Shown here piece by piece: positions 8,457-19,109 of a stretch of DNA of 64,000 bases. The notes beneath the pieces were generated by a model. The model did no database searches and had not been told where the DNA came from. It saw nothing but the letters and a program-made list of their open reading frames with translations. The translations under genes were made by a program, and so were the position numbers. The first letter of the stretch is position 1; every line of letters begins with the position of its first letter. This DNA is from an uncultured delta proteobacterium (GTDB lineage: Bacteria > Desulfobacterota > Binatia > Binatales > Binataceae): contig CAVXXK010000007.1 of NCBI GenBank assembly GCA_963765675.1, forward strand, positions 40,297-104,296, written 5' to 3'.

Positions 8457-9815
8457 ATGTCGTTTCCCAGGCAAGTTACCCGCGCAGACCAGAAGCTCGG
8501 CGCTATCTTAACCCAGATGGCGCGGCTCAAACTGCGCCTCAATTCGCTCGCGATTCAGCACGTCGCGTTTCGCGTGCTGGCGGCTCTGGTGATCGCGGGC
8601 GCGCTGATCTTTGTGGCAGCAAACTGGTTTTCGCCGCTGATATTTTTAAGCGCCAGCGCCGTGATTTCGATTGCCGCCATCGCCGCGATCATACGGGCGG
8701 TTCGAGGCGGACTGGCGATGCGCGCAAGCGCGGTGGGCGCCGCGCAAATCGCCGACCAGCGCGCCAATCTGAAAGGCCGCCTCGCCACGATCGTCGAAAT
8801 AGCCGCGCGTCCCAACCGGGGAGCGCTGTGGCCGTACGTGGTCGAGGACGCGCTTGCGTATCGCGAGGAATTTGCCGCCAGGCGAATCGAACGCCGCAGG
8901 ATTGAACGATCGGTATGGATTCTCGGCGCCGCGATGATCGTGGCGGCGATAATGCTTCCGCTTGCCCGCACGCGTCATCCGTCGATCCTGGCGGAGGCCG
9001 AGCTGCCGGCCGACCTGACGATAGATCTGGATGACCTTCATCTGCGTCCCGCCGAGCCGGGCGACAGCTCCGGGCTCGAGTTGCAGGCCGATTCCTCGAC
9101 GATGAGCAGGCTTCAGGCCAAGCTCGCGCAAGAGGGCATGAGTCCAAGCGCGGCGGATGGCCATGCGCAGGGCGGTATCGTGAACAGCGCGCGCAGTCTT
9201 GCCGAGAGGGTTCAGAGCAAGCTGCGCGGGGAACAGCCGGAGCACAAGCATCGGCTGACTCTCAAGCTCGCCGACGCGGGCGGCGATCAGGCGAGTAATC
9301 CGCGCGGTGACGACTCCGCGCTTCACGGGCAGCATCGCCAGAGTGAGGCCGCGGGCCAGTTCAAGCGCGAGCATCCGTTCGGCGACGAAGATATTCCGCT
9401 GCCGAAGGTGGACGAAACCCACGGTCCGCAGGAGCAGCATATTCCCGGCGGAGGCGCCGATCTCCAGACTCCCGGTTTGACCAATCCCGAGAACTCGCCC
9501 GATTCTGATTCGGTGCCTGACACATCCGATCAGCGCGGAAATCTCGGCAGCAGCGGAGGTCCGTCGCATGGAATCGGCGCGGATCCGGACAGTCTGTTCG
9601 GTGCGGCTACGAAGTCCCCGATGAGCACCGAGGGCTTCGAGATCTCGATCGAGGCGCGCGCGATGGCGCATGGCGCAAAGGGCTCGGGCCAGGCTTATCT
9701 GCCACCCAAAGTCCGTACGCCGCTAAGCTCCGACCAGCAGGCCGATGAGCCGATCGCACGCGCGGCGGTGCCGGCCGAAGATAGAACCACAATCGAGCGG
9801 GTGTTTGAACGATGA
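8457..9815 (+). CDS. Membrane protein with long low-complexity C-terminal region; gene 1 of MoxR-vWA operon A
   Basis: Three hydrophobic segments then a G/S/D/Q-rich tail ending VPAEDRTTIERVFER; stop overlaps the MoxR start (ATGA). Start codon uncertain. Confidence 0.75.
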   Translation: MSFPRQVTRADQKLGAILTQMARLKLRLNSLAIQHVAFRVLAALVIAGALIFVAANWFSPLIFLSASAVISIAAIAAIIRAVRGGLAMRASAVGAAQIADQRANLKGRLATIVEIAARPNRGALWPYVVEDALAYREEFAARRIERRRIERSVWILGAAMIVAAIMLPLARTRHPSILAEAELPADLTIDLDDLHLRPAEPGDSSGLELQADSSTMSRLQAKLAQEGMSPSAADGHAQGGIVNSARSLAERVQSKLRGEQPEHKHRLTLKLADAGGDQASNPRGDDSALHGQHRQSEAAGQFKREHPFGDEDIPLPKVDETHGPQEQHIPGGGADLQTPGLTNPENSPDSDSVPDTSDQRGNLGSSGGPSHGIGADPDSLFGAATKSPMSTEGFEISIEARAMAHGAKGSGQAYLPPKVRTPLSSDQQADEPIARAAVPAEDRTTIERVFER

Positions 9816-10855
9816 GCGAGCTGGCAGCCGTCGAAACTCCGACCGTCGCGGATTTCGCGCGCACCTTCCGGCGCGTGCAGGCGGAGATTCACAAGGTCAT
9901 TATCGGGCACGAGCAGGCGGTCGAAGAGCTGCTCTCGGCGTTGTTCGCGGGCGGACACGTGCTGATCGAGGGCGTACCCGGAACCGGCAAAACCACGCTG
10001 GTCAAGACGCTCGGCCTGGCGCTCGATCTGAGCTTCAACCGGATTCAGTTCACGGTCGATCTGATGCCGGCCGATATCACCGGCACGCGGGTGATCCTTT
10101 CAGGCGAGGACGGGCGGCGCGAATTCACGTTTCAGCCGGGCCCGGTGTTCTGCCATATCCTGCTCGGTGACGAAATAAATCGCGCGACGCCGAAAACGCA
10201 ATCGGCGCTGCTCGAAGCGATGGCGGAGCTGCAGGTCACGGTCTCCGGTATCACCTATCCGCTGGCGCCGCCGTACTTCGTGATGGCGACGCTCAATCCG
10301 ATCGAGATGGAAGGCACTTATCCGCTGCCCGAGGCGCAGCTCGACCGGTTCCTGTTCAAGGTGCGGCTCGACTATCCGGACGAGGAGCAGTTGGTGCGGA
10401 TAATCTCCTCGACCACCGGACCGGAAGAGGCCGGAGTCGCACCGGTGTTTTCCGGCGCCGAGGCCTCGAGCCGGATCGAGGCGCTCAAGAAGCTGGTGCG
10501 CGAGGTGATCGCGGCGCCGGCGATGGATCAGTACGCGGCGCGAATCGTGCGCGCGACCCAGCCTGAGCATTCGCGCTATATCGGCGAATCGCCGCGCTCG
10601 ATGCATGACGAGATGGTGAATCGCTACGTGATGTTCGGCTCGAGTCCACGCGGCGCGCAGGCGCTGATCATGGGCGCCAAGGTGCGCGCGCTGCTCGACG
10701 GACGCGCCAACGTCGCGCGCGAAGATATCGAAGCGGTGGCGGTTCCCGCGCTGGCGCATCGCATCATGCTCAACTACGCCGCGCATTCCGACGCGGTCGC
10801 GGCCGAGCAGATTGTCGAGCGCGTGATCAAATCCGCCAGCGCAGCCCGCAGTTGA
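9812..10855 (+). CDS. MoxR family AAA+ ATPase (operon A)
   Basis: Walker A GVPGTGKT, RIQFTVDLMPADITG, Walker B LLGDEINRATPKTQSALLE, GTYPLPEAQLDRF. Confidence 0.96.
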   Translation: MSELAAVETPTVADFARTFRRVQAEIHKVIIGHEQAVEELLSALFAGGHVLIEGVPGTGKTTLVKTLGLALDLSFNRIQFTVDLMPADITGTRVILSGEDGRREFTFQPGPVFCHILLGDEINRATPKTQSALLEAMAELQVTVSGITYPLAPPYFVMATLNPIEMEGTYPLPEAQLDRFLFKVRLDYPDEEQLVRIISSTTGPEEAGVAPVFSGAEASSRIEALKKLVREVIAAPAMDQYAARIVRATQPEHSRYIGESPRSMHDEMVNRYVMFGSSPRGAQALIMGAKVRALLDGRANVAREDIEAVAVPALAHRIMLNYAAHSDAVAAEQIVERVIKSASAARS

Positions 10856-10865
10856 GGTTTCACTG

Positions 10866-11771
10866 ATGCTCGAAGCGCGCGCATTCGAGCCCGAGTTCCT
10901 GAAGAAGCTTGACCGGCTGGCGCTGGGAATCAAGCGCGCCCGCACGGTCCGAGCGGGCACCCGCACGCTCGGGCGCGTGCAGGGACTTGGCATCGAGCCG
11001 GAAAATTTCCGCGAGTACGCCGCGGGCGACGACCTGCGCTTTCTCGACTGGAACGCGTACGCGCGGCTCGATCAGCTTTCGATTCGCACCTTTCGCGCCG
11101 ACCGCCAGGTCGAGCTGACGATCCTGATCGACGCAAGCGCCTCGATGGGGTTTCCGGCGCGCGACGACAAGCTCGGACTCGCGCTCGCGCTGGGCGCGGC
11201 CCTGGCCTACGTCGGGATGAGCGAAAACGATCCGGTGCGGATGGCGGCTTTCGCGATGCGCGGCGGCGAGATGCGCCTGGACGCGACAGGGTTTTATCGC
11301 CGGCGCGAATCCTACCTCGAGTTCAAGCCGTTCGTCGCCGCGGTCAAATGCGGCGGCGAGACGCGAATCGGCGCCGCGGTCGACGACTTGCTGCATCATC
11401 GCAGGCCCGCCGGAATCGTAATCGTGATTTCCGATTTCCTGGTTAACCAGTCCGACTATGAAGACGGGCTCGCACGCCTGGTGCTCGCGCGCCACGAAGT
11501 CAAAGCCGTGCACGTGATGGGCGAGATCGAATCGACCGGCGAATATCCGCCCGGCCTGGTTCGTGTGCGCGATGCCGAAACCGGGGAGACGCGCGAGACC
11601 GTCTTCGGTCCCGAGACGGCCGCGGCATGCCGGCGGAAGGTCGAAGGCATCTCGGCGCGGGTGCGCGATTTCTGCGCCGGACGCGGGATCACCTACACGA
11701 GGGCATTCGGCGCGGCGAGCCTGGAAACATTTTTCGAGCACGAACTCGCGGCGCTGGGCGTGGTCAGGTAG
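10866..11771 (+). CDS. DUF58 domain (vWA-like) protein (operon A)
   Basis: FREYAAGDDLRFLDWNAYAR, LIDASASM, ISDFL. Confidence 0.93.
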   Translation: MLEARAFEPEFLKKLDRLALGIKRARTVRAGTRTLGRVQGLGIEPENFREYAAGDDLRFLDWNAYARLDQLSIRTFRADRQVELTILIDASASMGFPARDDKLGLALALGAALAYVGMSENDPVRMAAFAMRGGEMRLDATGFYRRRESYLEFKPFVAAVKCGGETRIGAAVDDLLHHRRPAGIVIVISDFLVNQSDYEDGLARLVLARHEVKAVHVMGEIESTGEYPPGLVRVRDAETGETRETVFGPETAAACRRKVEGISARVRDFCAGRGITYTRAFGAASLETFFEHELAALGVVR

Positions 11772-11773
11772 CC

Positions 11774-13655
11774 ATGGGATTTCTGGTTCCCGCAAATCTT
11801 CTCTGGGCGCTCGCACTGGCGAGTGCTGGTGCTGATCTACCTGCGCTCGCGCTCGCGTCCGACGCTCGAAGTGTCGAGCCTGATGCTGTTCGACGACGCG
11901 CCCGCGCCGGTCGCGAGCGTGCGCCACGTGCGGCTCGATCCCTTGTTCTGGCTCGAAGTCGCGGGACTCACCGCGCTGGTGCTGGCGATTGCCGGACTGT
12001 ACGCGATGGTGCCGGTGCGCGCGAGCCGCGGCCGCAGCCATGCGCTGGTGTTCGATTTGGGCGCCGCGATGAGCGCGCGCGAGGACGGGAGCTCGCGGCT
12101 GGATCTTGCGCGTCAGGCGGCGTTCAAGATTATCGCCGCCGCTCCGGCGGGCGAAGAGTTCAGCGTGATCACTTACGCGCTCGAAACGCAGGTGCCTGCG
12201 CCGCAGACCGGGAATCTTGCGGTGGTGAAGGCGGCGATCAATTCGCTCGCGCCGCTTGCGGTGGCGGCCAAGGCGGCGGCGCTGAGCGCCGCGATTATTC
12301 GCGCCCGCGGCTCTTCGGAGATCGATCTGTTCACTGATCGCAGTCCGCCTGCCGAGGCGATCGGCGGATCGCTCGGCGAAGCCCAGGTGCGGGTGCATCG
12401 CATAGGCAGGGACGACGGCAACCTCGCGATAGCCGCGCTCGATCCCGGGACGCCTGGGTTTGCCAAGGGCCGCGCGCTGGTCCGGAATTTTTCCGCGGCG
12501 CCTCACTTGATAGAAATCGCGATCGATCTCGACGGAAAGGAAATCGAGCACGACCCGCTGATGCTCGCGCCGCGCGAGCAGGTGCTGGTCCCGTTCGGTC
12601 CGCTGCCATCGGGGGGAATCGTGCGCGCGCGGATTCTCACCCAGGACGCGATCGCCGCCGACAACCAGCGCTGGGCGATCGCGCGCTCGGACGACGCCGC
12701 GCGGGCGATCGTGCTGTCGCCGGATGCGGGTGTGCGCGGCGACCTGGCGCGGGTGCTGCTCGCAATCAATCCAAATTTCCAGGTTGAGACGATTGACCCG
12801 GCGAAGTTCGCGCCCACGCCCGGCGCGTCCTCGAAGCGGTACGACCTGGCCGTGATGCATGACTCTTATGTGCCGGGAATCGGCGCCGAAGCGACGCTGA
12901 TGGTCTATCCGCCATTGTCGTCATCTGCGGGCACAGAATTTCCCGGACTGAAAATCGCGGGGACCGCGCGCTCGGCGGCGATGAGTTCCGAGCGCGGGGC
13001 CGAAGCCGCGGGCGATGCCGGCGCGGCGCTCGGCGCGACGCGCGTGATTCAGCTTCCCGAGTGGATGGACGCGCTCGACTACGCGACGTATGGGGCCGCG
13101 GGCGCGATTATCCCGATCGTCGCGGCGGGCGAGATGCCGAGCGGCAGGGTCGGCGTGATCGCCTTTGATGTGCGCGATCATTTTCTGTTCGATCCCGACC
13201 GGCTCGATGCGCTGATCGCGTTCGTCAACGTGACCCGGCGGCTGACCGCGCCGGTTGGCGTCCAGGTGGTGCCGACGGGTGCCTTCGTTACGCTGGCGGT
13301 CTCGGGCGCGGCGCAAGTCACTGAACCAGACGGCTCCAAGGTCGCGCTCAAGCCCGACAAATGGGGCCGCGTGAAGCTGCGTCCGCTCGAAGCGGGGCGC
13401 TACGTGATCGAGTCCGCGGGCACGCAGACGACCGTGCTGGCGAATTATTACGATGCGGCGGAATCTGATCTGACCGTGCGTGAAGCTGCTTCGGAGCCGG
13501 CCGTGACGGCTGAGCATGCCGAGACCGCGCCGGCAGCACCCAAGCAGGTTCTGCCGCTGGCGTTTATTTTGATTGCGCTCGCGATGGGCGCGTTCGTTCT
13601 CGAGTCGATTCTCCTGGTGCGGCACGCCGCGCGATGGAGGATGACGCATGTTTGA
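11774..13655 (+). pseudogene. BatA-like N-terminal TM + vWA protein (operon A), frameshifted by one extra A at 11822
   Basis: ATG 11774 gives MGFLVPANLLWALALA (16 codons); after one extra A the 11823 frame continues VLVLIYLRSRSRPTLEVSSLMLF. This is collinear with paralogue 54390..56198. Could be a sequencing error. Confidence 0.75.
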
Positions 13656-16233
13656 TCGGCCTGCGATGCTGTGGCTCTTCCTGCTCGCTCCGCTGATCGC
13701 ATATCCGGCGATCGTCGTGATTCGCCGTGGGGCGATTGCGGCGGGGGCCGCATCGGCGGCGCTTCGGCTTGGCTGCCTTGCCGTGCTGGTCGCGATGCTC
13801 GCGGGGTTGCGTGTCACCACGACGATTCCGGCCCGCGGGATCGAGGTGGTCGCGCTGCTGGACGAGTCGCGCTCGATCGCGCCCGATCAGTTCGCGTGGA
13901 TGCGCTCGCGGGTTGGCGAAGTGGCGCGCGCGATGGAGTCTCGCGATAGGATCGGCGTGATTGGCTTTGGCCGCGACGCGCGGCTGGGCGCGGCGCTTTC
14001 GGACCCGCGCCTGCTCGGCGATTTTCATATGAAGCCAGATCGCGGAGCCACGGATATTGCCGCCGCGCTCACCGCCGCGCAAAGCCTGTTCTCGGCCGAC
14101 GCCGACAGGAGAATCCTTTTGTTGAGCGACGGCAACCAGACGCGTGGGTCCGCCGCCGCCGAGATTCCCGCGCTGGTCGACGACGAGACGCGGGTCTATA
14201 CAGCGGCGCCCCCCGCACCCGCGGTCGCGCGCGTTGCGCTCACGAGCTTTCATGCACCGGAGAATGTGCGGGCTGAGCAGCAATTTAGCTTCGATATCGC
14301 GATCGAAAGCGAATCCGCCGATCCGGTTGACGCCCAGGTGCGCCTGTTGCGTGACGGTGATCCGGTCGGCGGCCAGCACGTGACTTTGCATCAGGGGATG
14401 AACCGATTCGAGCTTCCGTACCGGATGGAACACGCGGGCGCCTACCTGATGAGCGCGGATCTGACCGTGCCGCCGGCGCTCGACGCGATAGGTCCGCGCG
14501 CGGAGACCGCGCTTTCCGTGGCTGGCGCGCCGCGCGTCCTGATCGTGTCGGAAAGCAGGCCCGAGAGCCTGCTCGATGCGCTCCGGGTGCGGAACTACCA
14601 GGTCGAGATGATTGCTCCGCGCGCTCTCTCGGCCAAGGCCGAAGACTATTTGCCCTATCAGCTTGTGATAATTGACGACGCTCCCGCGGTCGCGCTTCCC
14701 GGGCCGGTGCAGCACGCGCTCAACCGCTACGTCGCGGAGCTTGGGGGGGGCCTGGTCGTGACCGGAGAGGCGCTGCGCGACGCCAACTACAAGGGCGGAG
14801 ATTTGGAAAAGACCCTGCCGGTCAGCTTCGAGCAGCAGCCGCCGCCGCCGTCGCGCGAGCCGATCGCGGTCTATCTGTGCATCGACCGCTCGAACTCGAT
14901 GAGCTACGACTCGCGCTATCCGGCGGTGCGCGACGGCGAGCGAATCCGTTACGCCAAGCAGGCGGCAATCGCGCTGTTGCGCCAGCTCGACGATACCGAT
15001 TACGCCGGTGTGATCGCGTTCGATTCGCAGCCCTACGTGCTGGGTCATCTGCAGGCGCTCGGGGAAGATCGCGGCGACCTGGAAGCGCGGATCGAGCGCT
15101 TGCAGCCGGGCGGAGGAACCGACTTCAAGGACGCGCTCGAAATCGCGCAGCGCGAGATTCTGGACAGCGGAATACCGGTGCGCCAGGTAATCCTGCTGAC
15201 CGACGGCGACACCAACCGGCAGTATCACGATCACGACGCGCTGATCGCACAGTTCGCAAAGGATCATATCCCGGTCTCGACCATCAGGATCGGCCCCGAC
15301 CTCGAGAACCTGCGCCTGCTGCAGGATTTCGCGCAGGCGACCGGCGGCGTCTTTTATCGCGTGCAGGATATCGAAAAGCTGCCGCTGCTGCTGGTCGGGC
15401 TGACGCGCCAGGCGATGAACCGGCGCGCGCAGGACCGGACCTCGGTCGAAGAAGGCGCGCCGAGCGCGATCCTTTCGGGAATCGCGGCCAAGGACATCCC
15501 GCCGATCGATTTCTACGCCTCGACCAAGGCGAAGGACGGCTCGATTGTTGCGCTGAGTGTCAAGCGCGCGGAACAAGGCTCGCCGCTGCTCGCGGCATGG
15601 CAATACGGCCTCGGGCGCGCGGCAATCTTCGCGGCCGATCCCGACTCGCTCGCGACGCTTAGCTGGATCAGGTGGAATCACTACGCGCAATTCTGGTCGC
15701 AGCTCGTGGGATGGGCGATGCGCGAGGGTGCGCCCGGGATGTTCGCGATTCGGATGCGCACCGCGCCCGACGGCGCGGTCACGGTCGAAGCTGAAAAGGC
15801 CGACACCAGATTCGCGCCCAACCTCGTGTGCCGAATCACGGGCCCCGGCCATGCGCTCGACGTGCCGATGACGCAGACGGCGCCGTCGCTCTATAGCGGC
15901 GAGATCGGCCCGTTGCCGCGCGGAAAATATGTCGCGACCCTGATGGTGAAGGCGGGCGATATCGAGCAGGCGCTGACCCGGCGCGAGTTCGCTTCGGCCG
16001 GCGCGATTCCCGCCGACGCGGCTGAGCTTCGGCTGCGGCCGCCGGACCTCGATCTGCTGCGGCGGCTTGCACGTGCGACCGGCGGCGAATTCGAGCCGCA
16101 GTGGTCGTCGCTCGGGCGGCATCGCGGACGCACGATCACGATGCGCCAGAACGCCGACTCGATTCTGCTGCCGCTTGCAATCGCGCTCTTTCTGGGCGAG
16201 GTTTTCGTGCGCCGCCGCTTTCTGGGCGACTGA
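13648..16233 (+). CDS. Large membrane-anchored double-vWA protein with glutamine amidotransferase-like segments (operon A)
   Basis: MIDAS motifs LDESRS/SDGN and IDRSNS/GGTD/TDGD; PLLAAWQYGLGR; hydrophobic N- and C-termini. Confidence 0.9.
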   Translation: MFDRPAMLWLFLLAPLIAYPAIVVIRRGAIAAGAASAALRLGCLAVLVAMLAGLRVTTTIPARGIEVVALLDESRSIAPDQFAWMRSRVGEVARAMESRDRIGVIGFGRDARLGAALSDPRLLGDFHMKPDRGATDIAAALTAAQSLFSADADRRILLLSDGNQTRGSAAAEIPALVDDETRVYTAAPPAPAVARVALTSFHAPENVRAEQQFSFDIAIESESADPVDAQVRLLRDGDPVGGQHVTLHQGMNRFELPYRMEHAGAYLMSADLTVPPALDAIGPRAETALSVAGAPRVLIVSESRPESLLDALRVRNYQVEMIAPRALSAKAEDYLPYQLVIIDDAPAVALPGPVQHALNRYVAELGGGLVVTGEALRDANYKGGDLEKTLPVSFEQQPPPPSREPIAVYLCIDRSNSMSYDSRYPAVRDGERIRYAKQAAIALLRQLDDTDYAGVIAFDSQPYVLGHLQALGEDRGDLEARIERLQPGGGTDFKDALEIAQREILDSGIPVRQVILLTDGDTNRQYHDHDALIAQFAKDHIPVSTIRIGPDLENLRLLQDFAQATGGVFYRVQDIEKLPLLLVGLTRQAMNRRAQDRTSVEEGAPSAILSGIAAKDIPPIDFYASTKAKDGSIVALSVKRAEQGSPLLAAWQYGLGRAAIFAADPDSLATLSWIRWNHYAQFWSQLVGWAMREGAPGMFAIRMRTAPDGAVTVEAEKADTRFAPNLVCRITGPGHALDVPMTQTAPSLYSGEIGPLPRGKYVATLMVKAGDIEQALTRREFASAGAIPADAAELRLRPPDLDLLRRLARATGGEFEPQWSSLGRHRGRTITMRQNADSILLPLAIALFLGEVFVRRRFLGD

Positions 16234-16293
16234 GCGACGATCGAGTGCTGAGCGAAAGCGCGCCTAGGAAATCCTAACGGATCTCGTCGCGCC

Positions 16294-16299
16294 TATAAT
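16294..16299 (+). promoter_or_regulatory. Candidate sigma70 -10 box for the nuclease islet
   Basis: Perfect TATAAT ~40 nt upstream of GTG 16337, with AGGAG RBS; no clear -35. Confidence 0.35.
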
Positions 16300-17563
16300 G
16301 ATTCGTAGTGCGTGCTCGTAACTTGCAGGAGAAGAAGTGACGCGAAGTGATTTACCATTTGGGAGCGAGTTTTCCCCCTCTCAGATTAGCCTTTCGAAGC
16401 TGTTGGAGCTTGCCGCGGAGCATCAAGGCGATTGGCGGCTTCTTGAGGATTCCATCCGGAACGAATATTTCGAGACCCACCAAACGACCGAACGCAACAG
16501 GAGAAAACTAGCCAACAACTGCAAGCTCGGAATGATTGCGTACGGCTTAATCGATCGGACCGGGATGCTCACGACGTTAGGTCAGACGCTCTACGAACTC
16601 CGCGGAGATCCCGAGCAGCTCTATTCCGAATTCGCGCGCCACATCCTGCTCCACCTCTATGGTTTGACATTGATCCAGAGCGTACGAGACTTGGAGGCTG
16701 CTGGAGAAGCGGTTGATCTTGTGAAACTCCGCAGAGCTCTAGCCGATCTCGGCGTACATTTTCCCTCCGGTGGAAAGCATCCGAGCATCATGCGGCTATG
16801 GCTTGAAAAGGCGCGGGTTTTTTCGAGCGTCTGGAATGTGAACGATGCGCGAGTGAGTGATCTTCTCGGACGCGGGCTTTCAGAAATTGAAGCGCTGGGC
16901 AGCCTCTCAGGGCTGCAGCAATCGTTTTTGAAGGCGGTCGCGAACCTGGGCACGGGCCAGCATTCCTCCAATGACGTCGCGACGCTCGCTGCGTCAACAT
17001 ATGGCGTGTCCTTCAATGAAAAGAGCCTCGCCAAGGACGTGCTGTATCCGCTTGAGAGTGCAGGATACATCGCTCTGATTCGCGGCACTAAGGGACGTGG
17101 TGCAAAGCCCTTCACAGTCTCTCCGACTCCCAAGCTCGTGAAAAAAGTCCTGGTTCCAATTATAGAGCAGCAGGAACGTCAGACACGGAGGGAGCTACGT
17201 CCATTGCTGCGTCGTCCTCTGCGTGAAATCCTCGACAGCCTTAAGGCGCGTGATCGACATGTTCGCGGTCTTGGGCTGGAAGCGCTGGCTTTCAAACTGA
17301 TGCGTTTAATCGATCTGACCTACGTTGCCACGCGGTTGCGCGGTAACACGACCGGAGGAGCTGAGGTTGACTTGATTTTTGAAAGTGCACGGCTTGTATT
17401 CTCACGCTGGCAGGTCCTATGCAAAAATACTCGGCGAGTCGCGCTCGACGACGTGGCGAAAGAGGTCGGCCTGACTCATTTCCTGAAGAGCAATGTGGTC
17501 GTTATCGTGACTGCGGGAGAGATTGGCTCGGAAGCGAGACGATACTCCGATCGAGTAATGAAG

Positions 17564-18890
17564 TGACCTGCTCCCCGAAAACTCGACCAGTGATAAAGAG
17601 AGGGTCGAGGCAGTAGGAGGGCGAGATGCGAAGCAATCGGTACAGCGAAGAACAGATCATCGGGATCCTGAAGGAAGTAAGCGCGGGGCGCAGCGTGCGC
17701 GAGGTGATCCGGGAATACGGGATCGCGGAGGCGACGTTTTACCGGTGGCGGGAGCGCTACGCGGGGCTGGAGGTGCGCGAGGCGCGGCGGATGGGGCAGC
17801 TGGAGCAGGAGAACCGGCGGCTCAAGCAGATGGTGGCGGAGCTGAGTCTGGACAAGGAAGTGCTCAAAGCGGTGATCGCAAAAAACGGCTTGCGCCGGTA
17901 GCCCGGCGCGCCGCGGTAAGCGAAGCGATGCAGCAGTTCTCGATCAGCCAGCGGCGCGCGTGCCGCTTGATCCCGATCGCGCGTTCCAGTGCGCGCTACC
18001 AGGCGCGGGTTGAGCGCGACGACGGCGACTTGGGCCGCAAGCTGGAAGCACTCGCGCAGCGTCATCCGCGCTACGGCTATCGGCGGCTGTGGGCGGAGCT
18101 GCGGAGTGCAGGATACGTGGTCAATCACAAGCGCGTGTATCGGCTCTATCGGCACTCGCATCTGACCCTGCGGCGCAAGGCCGGGCGCCGGCTGACCCAT
18201 CGGGGCGCCGCGCTGGCGCAACTGACGCAGCCCAACGAGCAATGGGCGCTGGACTTTGTGCACGACCGGATCGGTGAAGGGCGTGCGATCCGGGTCCTGA
18301 CCATCATCGATGAGTTCACCCGCGAATGCCTGGCCACCGAGGTCGATACCGGCATCAGCGCGCGGCAAGTTGCACGGACCCTGGAACGCATCCTGGAGAG
18401 TCGGCCGGTTCCGCGCTCGCTGCGCTGCGACAATGGCCCCGAGTTCCGCAGCCGCTACTTTCACGCCTGGTGTAAAAGCCATCGCATCGCATTGGAGTAC
18501 ATCGCGCCGGGACGCCCGACCCAGAATGGCTACATCGAAAGCTTCAACGGCAAGCTGCGCGACGAATGCCTCAACCTCAACTGCTTGCGCAATCTTAACG
18601 ACGCGCGCGAACGCAACGGACGCTGGCGCGAGCACTACAACTCGAGCCGTCCGCACTCCGCGCTCGGCTACCTGGCTCCGGAGCACTTCGCGCTAAAGTG
18701 GAGCGCGGCGCTCACGCGCACTGCCGCGCCAGCGGAGCTGGCACTGGCAGTGCAACGCGCAGCGCCGCGGACCAAGAATCTGCATTTTTCCGCCTCGCCC
18801 GTTCAGTCAGTGAAGGGCGAGGTCGAAAAAATGCCTATAACCAACTCCCACCCTCTCATTCCGGGTGGACCACAACTTGGGGGCAGGTCA
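17564..18890 (+). mobile_element. IS3-family insertion sequence (IS407-like), 1327 bp
   Basis: TG...CA ends; IRs TGACCTGCTCCCC / TGACCTGCCCCC (revcomp); flanks GAAG / GCAG (imperfect 4-bp duplication); orfA and orfB present. Confidence 0.95.
17626..17901 (+). CDS. IS3 transposase OrfA (HTH)
   Basis: RYSEEQIIGILKE..YGIAEATFYRWR..LEQENRRLK; slippery AAAAAAC at 17880..17886. Confidence 0.93.
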   Translation: MRSNRYSEEQIIGILKEVSAGRSVREVIREYGIAEATFYRWRERYAGLEVREARRMGQLEQENRRLKQMVAELSLDKEVLKAVIAKNGLRR

Positions 18891-19067
18891 GCAGGACTCC
18901 GACATTCGCATCATAATGATCGATGGATCCGATCTCGAAGCGATTACGGAGCAAGGCGCTCCCATCGCAAGCCTGCTCGACCGAGAAGCCGAGAATACGA
19001 TGAGACTCAAGGCACTTCATCGGTAAGTCCAGCAGCAGGTCAAATGGCAACCCACTCCGTGGCGTAA
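17880..19067 (+). CDS. IS3 transposase OrfB (DDE), expressed through a -1 frameshift
   Basis: YGYRR, WALDFVHD, RCDNGPEF, QNGYIESFNGKLRDECLN; frame is -1 relative to orfA; no stop before the right IR. Confidence 0.9.
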   Translation, partial: KKRLAPVARRAAVSEAMQQFSISQRRACRLIPIARSSARYQARVERDDGDLGRKLEALAQRHPRYGYRRLWAELRSAGYVVNHKRVYRLYRHSHLTLRRKAGRRLTHRGAALAQLTQPNEQWALDFVHDRIGEGRAIRVLTIIDEFTRECLATEVDTGISARQVARTLERILESRPVPRSLRCDNGPEFRSRYFHAWCKSHRIALEYIAPGRPTQNGYIESFNGKLRDECLNLNCLRNLNDARERNGRWREHYNSSRPHSALGYLAPEHFALKWSAALTRTAAPAELALAVQRAAPRTKNLHFSASPVQSVKGEVEKMPITNSHPLIPGGPQLGGRSAGLRHSHHNDRWIRSRSDYGARRSHRKPARPRSREYDETQGTSSVSPAAGQMATHSVA

Positions 19068-19109
19068 AGCCGGCGATAGCGAGATATAGCAGACCCATGA
19101 CCCATCGAA

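Larger units (their letters stand above)
16337..19026 (+). pseudogene. Restriction endonuclease-like protein (wHTH-like N-terminus + Mrr-like PD-(D/E)xK domain) interrupted by an IS3-family element
   Basis: 16337..17563 has GLEALA..GGAEVDLIF..WQVLCKN..VVIVTAG. Removing the IS and one 4-bp target copy rejoins it in frame with 18895..19026 (DSDIRIIMIDGSDLEAI..RLKALHR*), giving 452 aa. Confidence 0.85.

Noticed and set aside
10860-16122. Long antisense ORFs (666 aa and 852 aa; likewise 38124..40472 and many others)
   Set aside because: These are stop-poor shadows of real genes in high-GC DNA, with no motifs.
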